Source of the DNA: Oscillospiraceae bacterium
Lineage (GTDB): Bacteria; Bacillota; Clostridia; Oscillospirales; Acutalibacteraceae
Direction of reading: 5' to 3'
Length of the DNA: 38,530 bases
NCBI GenBank assembly: GCA_022779945.1
Contig: JALEYA010000037.1
Location: 1 to 38,530, forward strand
Of the stretch, positions 10,559-18,632 are shown piece by piece. A program made the translations under genes and the position numbers. The number at the start of each line of letters is the position of its first letter. The stretch's first letter is position 1. The notes below the pieces were generated by a model that saw only the letters and a list, made by a program, of their open reading frames with translations, was not told the origin of the DNA and made no database searches.

Positions 10559-11218
10559 ATGGCGGTAATGAATGTCAATCCGACAAGAATGGAGCTTTCC
10601 AACCTGAAGAAAAAGCTTGTTACCGCTATGCGGGGGCATAAGCTTCTCAAGGATAAGCGCGACGAGCTGATGCGTCAATTCCTGCTGTTTGTCCGGGAAA
10701 ACAAGGAATTGAGAAAAAAGGTGGAAAAAGCCGTAAAGGATGCCGGGGCTCATATGGCGAAGGCCGCAAGCGTGATGAGCGACGAAGCGGTCGAAGTGGC
10801 GCTGATGATGCCGTCGCAGTCCATGCGTGTTGACGTTGAAGAAAAGAACGTGATGAGCGTCACCGTGCCGGTTTTCAAGCCCGAATATAAAACTGCCGTT
10901 GACGGTGAAATCTATTCTTACGGCTACGCGTTTACGTCGTGCGACCTTGATGATGCGGTCAAGGCACTTTCGGATATCATGCCCGATATGCTCCGTCTCG
11001 CCGAAGTCGAAAAGAACTGTCAGCTCATGGCGGGCGAAATCGAACGGACAAGGCGCCGGGTAAACGCCCTTGAGCACGTTATGATTCCGCAGTATCAGGA
11101 CACGATCAAATACATTACGATGAAGCTTGACGAAAACGAGCGCTCCAACACGACAAGATTGATGAAAGTAAAGGACATGATGCTCGAAAAAGCACATAAC
11201 TATCATTATGACGGATGA
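10559..11218 (+). CDS. ntpD: V-type ATPase central-stalk subunit D
   Basis: 219 aa. The N-terminus NPTRMELSNLKKKLVTAMRGHKLLKDKRDEL is typical of subunit D. Confidence 0.9.
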   Translation: MAVMNVNPTRMELSNLKKKLVTAMRGHKLLKDKRDELMRQFLLFVRENKELRKKVEKAVKDAGAHMAKAASVMSDEAVEVALMMPSQSMRVDVEEKNVMSVTVPVFKPEYKTAVDGEIYSYGYAFTSCDLDDAVKALSDIMPDMLRLAEVEKNCQLMAGEIERTRRRVNALEHVMIPQYQDTIKYITMKLDENERSNTTRLMKVKDMMLEKAHNYHYDG

Positions 11219-11987
11219 CGAACTTCTTCTTGCTAAAGCAAGAGATCTGAAAACCAGAAGTGAAGACGATTCGATGATTTGTGCGACCAACTTTCTTGAC
11301 GAAAGACAGCGGTCGCTGATAAGCGTACTCGAAAAAGAGCAAAACAAGTATACCGATACGTTTTATTTCGGCGGTTACAAGGACGCGTCAAGAACAGCGG
11401 CGGTGTTTGTGCCTAAGTTTTTTGAAGTGACAGATATTGATTCGTTTTTTCTTGAAAATCCCGATGATTGTCCGTTTTGCCTGATTCGGATTGACAAAGA
11501 TCGGTTTACTTCTCTTTCGCACCGTGACTATCTCGGTGCTGTTATGGCACTCGGAATTAAAAGAGAGATGCTCGGTGATTTTCTGGTTGACGAAAGCGGC
11601 TGCTTTGTGCCTTGCGTCAGGAGTGTGAAAGGCTTTCTGTTAAGCCAGCTTGAATCAGTCGGACGTGCAAGTGTAAAGGTAAAAGAAGCGGCCTTTTCGG
11701 AAATTGCCTTGACCGAAGCCAAAAGTGAAGAAATTGTCAGTTTTGTTTCGTCGTTAAGACTTGACAACGCTGTCGGTGCTGCTTTTTCGGTCTCACGAAC
11801 CAAGGCAGGCGAGGCGATTGAAAAAGGTCTTGTTTTCGTCAATTCCGTCCAGGTTTTTAAGCCCGATTATAAGCTTTCCGAAGGCAGTACCCTTGTTTTC
11901 CGCGGAAAAGGAAAGGCTGTTATTGAGGAAATCTTAGGCGAAAGCAAAAAGGGAAGACTGAGAATCAAAATCAAAAAGTATATATAA
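11208..11987 (+). CDS. ylmH: YlmH-family S4-domain RNA-binding protein
   Basis: 259 aa. It has TNFLDERQ near the N-terminus, HRDYLGAVMALGIKREMLGD in the middle, and a C-terminal S4-like region (LRLDNAVGAAFSVSRTKAGEAIEKGLVFVN). It overlaps ntpD by 11 nt. Confidence 0.8.
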   Translation: MTDDELLLAKARDLKTRSEDDSMICATNFLDERQRSLISVLEKEQNKYTDTFYFGGYKDASRTAAVFVPKFFEVTDIDSFFLENPDDCPFCLIRIDKDRFTSLSHRDYLGAVMALGIKREMLGDFLVDESGCFVPCVRSVKGFLLSQLESVGRASVKVKEAAFSEIALTEAKSEEIVSFVSSLRLDNAVGAAFSVSRTKAGEAIEKGLVFVNSVQVFKPDYKLSEGSTLVFRGKGKAVIEEILGESKKGRLRIKIKKYI

Positions 11988-11993
11988 CCTTCT

Positions 11994-12030
11994 GCCGTCG
12001 GCAATGCACTGACGGCGTTTTTTTGTTTTT
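11994..12030 (+). terminator. Intrinsic terminator ending the V-ATPase/ylmH block
   Basis: Stem GCCGTC (11994-11999) pairs with GACGGC (12011-12016). It is followed by TTTTTTTGTTTTT. Confidence 0.8.
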
Positions 12031-12057
12031 GATCCTTTGCATTTATTGATCTCGCCC

Positions 12058-12086
12058 TTGAAATTCTCATGCGGTTATATTATAAT
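12058..12086 (+). promoter_or_regulatory. Sigma-A-type promoter candidate
   Basis: TTGAAA (12058-12063), a 17-nt spacer, then TATAAT (12081-12086). It lies about 75 nt upstream of the ATG at 12161. Confidence 0.6.
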
Positions 12087-12160
12087 GAAGTAAATAGAAA
12101 GTAAAAACGGAAGCGGAAGAATTTTACGTCTTCTGCAAAGCCAAATAGGGGGATATTAAA

Positions 12161-12865
12161 ATGAAATATGTAACAAAAATATTGCTTTTTCTTTTTGTAC
12201 CGACGATTGCGATTGCTGTGCTGGCCGCTGTATTCGGTTTTGATTCGACGGGTGAATTTGTACAGGCTACCGTTGAAGAAATTCTGCCGTTCGGAAACGT
12301 CGTTTCGGTCGTGATCGGAAAGTATGCGCCGATAACGGTGGGAAAGCCGTATTCGTTTTATTTGCTGATGATTGATGTAATGAAAATGCTGATTACCAGC
12401 TGTCTGTTTACATTTACCGTCCGACTGGCCTCCATTCTGACCGGAATTGATGATAAAAAACGCGTTCTGTTCCCGATCGTTCAGTGTATCTTTTCTGTTT
12501 TTCTTGCCGTTCTTGCGGGCTTTATGATTGAAAAGCTTCAGACCCTGCTTGAAGAAAAATTCGGTAATGTTTTGTCTGTACTGTCGATTCTTCTCATAGC
12601 GGCTTTTGTCGTGGCAATCTGGGTGGCTTTTATGCATGCCCGCGGCGGTTTCGCTTTCAACTTGATTTTTTCCTACCTGATAGCAAGAAAACTGATTCCC
12701 TCCGTTATCATCAATACGGCGACGTACATTTTCCTGAGTGTAATGCTGATCTGCCTGACGAACGATGAGCTGTCAAGTGCCGTGATGCCGATCGCGCTGA
12801 TGATTTACGGAATGGCAATTCTGGTTTCAACACTCTTTGAAAAGCACATACCTATCGGCAATTGA
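12161..12865 (+). CDS. Hypothetical polytopic membrane protein (about 6 TM); no family recognised
   Basis: The 234-aa ORF has repeated hydrophobic segments and an AGGGGGA Shine-Dalgarno. It has its own promoter and terminator. Confidence 0.6.
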   Translation: MKYVTKILLFLFVPTIAIAVLAAVFGFDSTGEFVQATVEEILPFGNVVSVVIGKYAPITVGKPYSFYLLMIDVMKMLITSCLFTFTVRLASILTGIDDKKRVLFPIVQCIFSVFLAVLAGFMIEKLQTLLEEKFGNVLSVLSILLIAAFVVAIWVAFMHARGGFAFNLIFSYLIARKLIPSVIINTATYIFLSVMLICLTNDELSSAVMPIALMIYGMAILVSTLFEKHIPIGN

Positions 12866-12890
12866 GTCGGCTATCGTACGAAAACGAACA

Positions 12891-12927
12891 AAGATCCCGT
12901 TCGCTTGGTTTGCGGACGGGATCTTTT
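12891..12927. terminator. Bidirectional intrinsic terminator between convergent genes
   Basis: A 14-bp stem, AAGATCCCGTTCGC with GCGGACGGGATCTT, includes one G-U pair. It is flanked by an A-rich stretch upstream and a T-rich stretch downstream. Confidence 0.8.
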
Positions 12928-12945
12928 AATGATGACACTTGTTGT

Positions 12946-13746
12946 TTATTCGGCGGCCTTTTTGTTGCCGTCGTTTTTCGTTTTCTCTTGGTTGTTGCCG
13001 GCAGCTTTTGACTCATCAAGCTGTTTGTTATATTTTGCTTCGAGCTTGTTGTAAATCATGATTCCAATAAGCCCCAGAATGGCGGTTCCGACGAAAACAG
13101 CAATCGATAAAGCGTAGCTTTTCTTCTCGAGTGCCGAGCCGCAGATGGTTGACGTGATAATCGACGGAATACGGGCAAAGCTTGTGATAAGCATAAATTT
13201 GACCATACTGAAATCGGTAACGCCTATAAGATAGGTGATGATGTCCTTCGGCGTTCCGGGAATCAGATAGATGATAAAAAGAGTTGTCGAAAGCTTTGCT
13301 TTGTTCTGAAGAAAGCGCAGCGAATTAATCTGCTCCTGCGATACAAAGATATTGACGACCTTCACGCCGAAAACCTTGGTCAGTGCGATAATAACAAGCG
13401 AGCCTAAGAAAGTGCCGAGCATACAGTAGAAAAGACCGCCGAACGTTCCGTAGGCGTAGCCGGAGCCGATTTCAAGAGGCTCGGCGGGTATGAATTTGAC
13501 AACCGTCTGGAGTGCTCTTATGGCGACGAAAATGATTTTCCCCGTTGTGCCGAAGCCGTCAAGCCATTTCTTGAATTTATCCGTATCCTCAAAGAAAGCT
13601 AAAAGCTTTTTACCGAACAGACAGTAGCAGATGATCATAGCTACAATGGCGATACCGGCAATAATGATAACTGCGATCTGTTTTTTTCGTTGTTTCGGTT
13701 CGTCGCTGAGTAATTTAAAGTTCTTGATTTTGTCAACTAATTTCAT
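12946..13746 (-). CDS. TVP38/TMEM64 (DedA-related, SNARE-associated) family membrane protein
   Basis: 266 aa. The pattern FIPAEPLEIGSGYAYG ... IYLIPGTPKDIITYLIGVT is typical of the TVP38/YdjX family. AAGGA Shine-Dalgarno. Confidence 0.8.
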   Translation of the reverse strand: MKLVDKIKNFKLLSDEPKQRKKQIAVIIIAGIAIVAMIICYCLFGKKLLAFFEDTDKFKKWLDGFGTTGKIIFVAIRALQTVVKFIPAEPLEIGSGYAYGTFGGLFYCMLGTFLGSLVIIALTKVFGVKVVNIFVSQEQINSLRFLQNKAKLSTTLFIIYLIPGTPKDIITYLIGVTDFSMVKFMLITSFARIPSIITSTICGSALEKKSYALSIAVFVGTAILGLIGIMIYNKLEAKYNKQLDESKAAGNNQEKTKNDGNKKAAE

Positions 13747-13761
13747 TTTCCGTAGTCCTTT

Positions 13762-14640
13762 TTAATCGTTTTTCCAAGGCATATCCCGGTATTCATAATA
13801 CAGGGGGAGAAGGATTCCTTGATAGCCGGGTTTCCACGGCTTGAACTTTCCGTTAAAATGGACAATAACCGTGTTTTTGCGTACCCAGTCAAGATCTTTC
13901 ACTCTGTCTTTGTTGAACTTGACCGTTTTTTCGTCGAGATTATAGATGCATTCATCGGCGAAAACGGTCTCGGTGTTGAACATACCGTTCAGGACGTCCT
14001 GATCCGCAAGGAAAAGCCATCTTCTGTGCTTTTTCATATAACGGAAAATGTCATCGCTTGTGACGGTCTTACGCAGTTTATCGACGTTGAACATGATAAC
14101 GCCGGCGTTAAAGTACCGTACATCTTTCGGCGAGTGAAAACGGACACGGTTGAGAAACTCGCACCAGGATTTTGTGTGGCCGCAGGCAGCGAGCGTTTTT
14201 CCTTTGAAATCAATGTTGTAAAATGAACGGATATCGTTAATGATGATCGTGTCGGGATCGATGTAAAGAATTCTGTCAACCTCTTTCGGAAGATAGTCCA
14301 TCAGAAGAAGACGGTAATAGGTTTCCTTGGAAATTCTGTCCATAACGGGCGCATCGTTGAGCAGAGCGGGATCAATCTCAACCGGATGAACCGTTACCCG
14401 CTTTTTGTCGACCGCTTTGTCAATGCGGTCAAAGTGTTCTTTTTTGAGTGATGAATGGGCAACATATAAGTCGAAAATGCCGTTCGGGTTAGAAATCATG
14501 AGAGACTTGAGCAACACACAAAGCGGACCGACGTAGTTGCCGTCTAATGCAACGAGTATATTCATATTATGAACCGCCGGATGCGAATCAGCCGATGAAT
14601 TTTCCGGTATTCGTATCCGTTCCTTTCGTACTGTTTTCAT
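13762..14640 (-). CDS. Family 8 glycosyltransferase (GT8, LPS-glycosyltransferase-like)
   Basis: Motifs present are NILVALDGNY, ILYIDPDTII (DxD), YFNAGVIMFN and DQDVLN. The start is uncertain: ATG 14640, ATG 14565 or TTG 14682, none with a strong Shine-Dalgarno. Confidence 0.8.
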   Translation of the reverse strand: MKTVRKERIRIPENSSADSHPAVHNMNILVALDGNYVGPLCVLLKSLMISNPNGIFDLYVAHSSLKKEHFDRIDKAVDKKRVTVHPVEIDPALLNDAPVMDRISKETYYRLLLMDYLPKEVDRILYIDPDTIIINDIRSFYNIDFKGKTLAACGHTKSWCEFLNRVRFHSPKDVRYFNAGVIMFNVDKLRKTVTSDDIFRYMKKHRRWLFLADQDVLNGMFNTETVFADECIYNLDEKTVKFNKDRVKDLDWVRKNTVIVHFNGKFKPWKPGYQGILLPLYYEYRDMPWKND

Positions 14641-14835
14641 ACGCTTTCGGTTAGGAAAGCAATCTTCAATAGCAAATATCAATTTTACACTATAAGTCTA
14701 AGCGATAGGCGCGTAAAAGTCAATATTTATGACAAGAACGTAATGAATTTGTAAGAAAAAGTTATAAATTGCTTTTTCAATAATGTAATTGTCATGACCA
14801 AGTTTAATTTTAGTTAAAGGAAAAGTAAAACATTT

Positions 14836-14868
14836 ATGACGGTTTGCCTTTTTTCGGTAAACCGTCAT
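14836..14868 (-). terminator. Intrinsic terminator candidate downstream of sigE
   Basis: An inverted repeat, ATGACGGTTT.CC and GG.AAACCGTCAT, is followed on the minus strand by AAATGTTTTACTTTT. Confidence 0.6.
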
Positions 14869-14893
14869 AAGATCAGTATGCGTCAACCCGTTT

Positions 14894-15619
14894 TTATCCG
14901 GCTTTTTCCAACTCTTTTTTGAGCTTTTCGATAATCCGCTTTTCAAGACGGGAGATATAGCTTTGCGAAATGCCTAAAATATCGGCAACCTGTTTTTGTG
15001 TGTATTCTTTTGTGTCGTACAGGCCGAAGCGCATGATAAGAATTTGCTTTTCTCTTTCGTCAAGACTTTCGACAACGGACAGCAGCTGCCGTTTCTCGTC
15101 CTGAAGTTCAATCCCTCGGTTGACTTCGTCCGCATCGCTTCCTAAAACGTCCGATAAAAGCAGTTCGTTACCGTCCCAGTCAACATTCAGCGGCTCGTCA
15201 AACGAAACCTCTTTTTTTCGGTTGGCTGTCTTTCTCAAAAACATAAGGATTTCGTTTTCGATGCACCTTGAAGCGTAGGTGGCAAGCTTGATCTTTTTGT
15301 CGGGGCAAAAGGTGTTGACCGCCTTGATCAGCCCTAACGTCCCGATGGATATCAGGTCTTCGATTCCGATTCCCGTGTTCTCGAACTTTTTCGCTATGTA
15401 AACCACAAGACGCAGATTATGAATAATCAGCACTTCACGCTTGCTTTCGTCGCCGCTCATGATTTCTTCGAGTATTTCTCTTTCCTTTACCGCCGAAAGC
15501 GGAGCGGGGAGGTTTTCGCTCCCGTTGACATAATAAAGCTCGTTTGAATCCCGGAAGCCGAGGACGACAAGCAGCTTGTTAAAAGCCTGACTGCATTTAA
15601 ATTTCAGATATTCCAGCAT
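14894..15619 (-). CDS. sigE: Sporulation sigma factor pro-sigma-E
   Basis: Near-identical blocks to B. subtilis SigE are visible: [76 protein letters not shown] and [14 protein letters not shown]. It lies directly downstream of spoIIGA. The start at 15619 follows AAAGGGGAAGGA. Confidence 0.93.
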   Translation of the reverse strand: MLEYLKFKCSQAFNKLLVVLGFRDSNELYYVNGSENLPAPLSAVKEREILEEIMSGDESKREVLIIHNLRLVVYIAKKFENTGIGIEDLISIGTLGLIKAVNTFCPDKKIKLATYASRCIENEILMFLRKTANRKKEVSFDEPLNVDWDGNELLLSDVLGSDADEVNRGIELQDEKRQLLSVVESLDEREKQILIMRFGLYDTKEYTQKQVADILGISQSYISRLEKRIIEKLKKELEKAG

Positions 15620-16478
15620 AATCCTTCCCCTTTTCATTGGTTGTGTTTTCAAACAGTTTCGCGGCAAGCAACGCCGAATAATCTCCGTTTAAGATCTTGC
15701 TTCTGCTCATGGCAAGATACACTTTGTCCGTTTCAAACGAACTTTCAAGCCCCGATATTTTAATGAGGTCCGGTCGGAAAGCGGTCAGGGCAGATGTTTT
15801 CCCAATCGTAGAACAGGGGATGATCCGACTGAGTCTTTCGCTTTCTTCAAACCGCTCGGAAATTGTGACCCCATCGGTGTCTTTCACAGTCGGATCGATG
15901 ATGATGACCGGATAGCCTGAAAACGGTTCGGTCAGCGTGTTGCCGGAATCGAGAAAAGCTTTGCTTGTAAATTCATAAGAGCAAAAAATGACGGTCAGAG
16001 TGTATACGTTGTTTTTGGGAGCTTTAAAGGCGATCAGCTTCGTTACGGCAGTAGTAATGATGTAGCATATTACGGTAAGAATGAGAAGAGTCAAGGTGTT
16101 GATGTTGAAATAAACTATGCCACAGCAATACACCATGGAGTGTGGCGCAAAAACCAGCCAGATTGCCAGCATCAGACCGGCAAAAGCGATATCGACAAGC
16201 AAAAAAGCACCGATAAGACGGAGAAAAGCTCTTTTATTGCCGAATCCGAAGGCGAGTAAAAGCATCACAACCCCGACGGCAATTTTCGTGATGGTTATAA
16301 TCCATTCGGGTATGGTGTCCGTCAGAATAATCAGTGAATAGATTCCGCCGAGGAGCGACGCTGAAAACAACCGGACACTTTTTGCGTCCCGTCTTGCAAC
16401 CTTTGCGCAAAGCCGCAAAAGGATGTAATTGATATACAGATTTACAATCACCAGCACGTCGGCATAAATCACCTGCAT
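15597..16478 (-). CDS. spoIIGA: Sigma-E processing peptidase SpoIIGA
   Basis: 293 aa. It has a five-TM N-terminal half beginning [21 protein letters not shown], and a C-terminal aspartic-protease-like half containing FLDSGN. Its position upstream of sigE fits. Confidence 0.9.
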   Translation of the reverse strand: MQVIYADVLVIVNLYINYILLRLCAKVARRDAKSVRLFSASLLGGIYSLIILTDTIPEWIITITKIAVGVVMLLLAFGFGNKRAFLRLIGAFLLVDIAFAGLMLAIWLVFAPHSMVYCCGIVYFNINTLTLLILTVICYIITTAVTKLIAFKAPKNNVYTLTVIFCSYEFTSKAFLDSGNTLTEPFSGYPVIIIDPTVKDTDGVTISERFEESERLSRIIPCSTIGKTSALTAFRPDLIKISGLESSFETDKVYLAMSRSKILNGDYSALLAAKLFENTTNEKGKDYAGISEI

Positions 16479-16559
16479 TTTCCTTCACCGTCATTATTAT
16501 AAATGCCGCCGAAATCATAAAATGTCGCCTTTCGTCGCCGTAAAAAAGTTTCGTGTATC

Positions 16560-16588
16560 TTGAAGATGTGAATAATCTGTGATATAAT
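16560..16588 (+). promoter_or_regulatory. Strong sigma-A-type promoter with an extended -10
   Basis: TTGAAG (16560-16565), a 17-nt spacer, then TGaTATAAT (TATAAT at 16583-16588). It is divergent from spoIIGA. Confidence 0.65.
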
Positions 16589-16622
16589 ACAGACAGAAAA
16601 TTTTGGGAAAGGAGTTTCGAAA

Positions 16623-16709
16623 ATGGAATTTGATCTCAAGCAGTTTTTTCATGATCTGAGAGTATTTCTGGAAGAGCTTTTCGAAGTGTTCAAAAACTTC
16701 GGAAAATAA
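16623..16709 (+). CDS. Small ORF, 28 aa: MEFDLKQFFHDLRVFLEELFEVFKNFGK
   Basis: It is too short for the ORF track. The ATG lies 8 nt after AAAGGAG and about 35 nt downstream of the promoter above. The peptide has an amphipathic-helix-like Phe/Leu and Glu/Lys pattern. Confidence 0.4.
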   Translation: MEFDLKQFFHDLRVFLEELFEVFKNFGK

Positions 16710-16911
16710 TTTCCTGTTTTTTCCTTGTATTACGTTTCGCAGTCCGTCAATAATACTAACACAGCGGTCAGTCAGACCTTGTAACTTTGAAAATACGGTT
16801 ACATAGGCGGCTTCTCCGCTGGCAAATCATGCGGGGAAGCCCGGCATATTTGCAAAAAGCCGTAAGCGGCACTTTGCTGTTTCGGTTAGCAGGCTGTCGT
16901 TTACGGCAATA

Positions 16912-16951
16912 GGCTGTAATCCTCTGGAGGGGTTACAGCCGTTTTGTTTTT
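16912..16951 (+). terminator. Intrinsic terminator, plus-strand orientation
   Basis: Stem GGCTGTAA..C pairs with G..TTACAGCC (16912-16940). It is followed by GTTTTGTTTTT. Confidence 0.7.
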
Positions 16952-17061
16952 CGGAATACTGTTTGCGTTTCAGGAATTCGGGGCGGCAAAGATGGTGTTC
17001 AGCGGACGTTATAACGAATGTCGGGAAATTTTCAGAGGTTGCCCGCAGATAACCGTTTATA

Positions 17062-17499
17062 TCAATTCTCGGTTCTTTTTGAAAGTCGGGAAAGCTTTTG
17101 CCGAATGGCTGCAAGAGCTTGCTCGGCATTGCTGCTATCCATTACCGACGCTTCAATGGGACACATACCGTCACCCTTTCGGTTGATGATATGTTCCGTT
17201 GTTTTTTCAAATTCAAAATGAATCCCATAATCAGTCAGAACTTTTTTTGCACCTTCGCTGATGACAAAAGCATACACGTTTTCGACTTTCAGAATAGCGT
17301 AAAGAAAAGCGGCGGCCTTTCCGACGACCTTGTCCGCCGCCGAAAAACCGGGGGACAGACGGCCTTTTTCAATTAGACCGAGCAGGGGGGCGACACCTCT
17401 TTCGCGGCTTGTGAATATTTCTGCGTCCTTGCAGAGTACACAGGTGAGGCTGTCATCGCTTTTGATTGTTTCAATGGCTTTTTTTAAATCTGTGTTCAT
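17062..17499 (-). CDS. DUF1893 (TM1506-like) domain protein
   Basis: The segments SLTCVLCKD, RGVAPLLGL, SAADKVVGKAAAFLY and IINRKGDGMCPIE match my recollection of the DUF1893 family. The start is taken at ATG 17499, 7 nt after AAGGG; ATG 17505 is also possible. Confidence 0.7.
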   Translation of the reverse strand: MNTDLKKAIETIKSDDSLTCVLCKDAEIFTSRERGVAPLLGLIEKGRLSPGFSAADKVVGKAAAFLYAILKVENVYAFVISEGAKKVLTDYGIHFEFEKTTEHIINRKGDGMCPIEASVMDSSNAEQALAAIRQKLSRLSKRTEN

Positions 17500-17509
17500 T
17501 TTCATACCC

Positions 17510-18622
17510 TTATTTTTCGTACCGGGAGGCGGCATCTTCAAGAATACTACGGATTTCAAGCTTCTGCGGGCAGACGTCCTCGCATTTGCCGCATTTTATA
17601 CAGTCGGAAGCTTTTCCGCTTTTTCCCCGTGCGATGAGCTTTTCATAGTCCTTTTTTCCCACGCCGGAACGCTTACAGTTGAGACAGGAAATGATGTCGG
17701 GAATCGAAATTTTCTTCGGACAGCCGGAAACGCAGTATTTGCAGCTTGTGCAGGCGACGATCTGCTGCTTCTTCAAAATTCCTCTTACTTCCATAACGGC
17801 CCGGTGTTCCTCCTGGGTGAGCGGTTTGAAATCCTTCATGTAGCTGATATTGTCGTTCATCATGTCCATGTTGCCCATACCGGACAGAACCATAAATATG
17901 CCGTCAAAGCTTGCGGCATAGCGAATGGCATAGCTTGCGACGCTTCCGCCGTTCAACGAGTCAAAAATCTCTTTTGCAGACTTCGGAAGCTTGACAAGCT
18001 GTCCGCCGCGCACCGGCTCCATAACAATGATCGGCTTGTTGAATTCACGGCAGACGTCATAGCATTTTTTGCTTTCGACGATGCTGCTGTTATAATCGTA
18101 ATAATTAAACTGAATCTGAACCGCATCGAGTTCGGGATATGCGGTGAGGATCTTTCTTAATACCTCCGCTTTGTCGTGAAAAGAGATGCCGACATAGCGG
18201 ATTTTGCCCTCTTTTTTTAAATCGAATGCGGTTTCATAGGCGCGGCACGCCTGATATTTTTTGAAATTCATTCTGTTTTGAGAATGCATCAGATAAAAAT
18301 CGAAATAATCAACGCCGCATATTTCAAGCTGACTTTCAAAAAACGGGCGGATGTCTTTTTCGGATTTGAAATAGTTTTCGGTCAGCTTGTCGGTCAGTAT
18401 GTACTTGTCGCGGTCATATCGGCTTGTCAGGCATTGCTTGATGGCAATTTCGCTTTTTCCGTCGATATATCCGTGGGCGGTGTCAAAATAATTGAAGCCG
18501 TTTTCGATAAAGGCATCTACCATTCTGGTAAACTCGTCACAATCGACTTTTTTTCCTTTCATCGGGAGTCGCATACAGCCGAAGCCGAGATTCTTTTTCA
18601 CTTGCGGAAATTGTTCATTCAT
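17510..18622 (-). CDS. Aldo/keto reductase with a C-terminal 4Fe-4S ferredoxin-type domain
   Basis: The N-terminal AKR pattern is present (LGFGCMRLP, NYFDTAHGY, YVGISFH). The C-terminal Cys clusters are CTSCKYCVSGCP and CIKCGKCEDVCP. The start at 18622 follows AGGAGA. Confidence 0.85.
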   Translation of the reverse strand: MNEQFPQVKKNLGFGCMRLPMKGKKVDCDEFTRMVDAFIENGFNYFDTAHGYIDGKSEIAIKQCLTSRYDRDKYILTDKLTENYFKSEKDIRPFFESQLEICGVDYFDFYLMHSQNRMNFKKYQACRAYETAFDLKKEGKIRYVGISFHDKAEVLRKILTAYPELDAVQIQFNYYDYNSSIVESKKCYDVCREFNKPIIVMEPVRGGQLVKLPKSAKEIFDSLNGGSVASYAIRYAASFDGIFMVLSGMGNMDMMNDNISYMKDFKPLTQEEHRAVMEVRGILKKQQIVACTSCKYCVSGCPKKISIPDIISCLNCKRSGVGKKDYEKLIARGKSGKASDCIKCGKCEDVCPQKLEIRSILEDAASRYEK

Positions 18623-18632
18623 AATGATTCTC

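Noticed and set aside
10535-11347. 270-aa minus-strand ORF
   Set aside because: It is antisense to ntpD and ylmH. It has no family features and looks like a shadow ORF.
17330-18160. 276-aa plus-strand ORF
   Set aside because: It is antisense to the aldo/keto reductase and DUF1893 genes, and has no Shine-Dalgarno or motifs.
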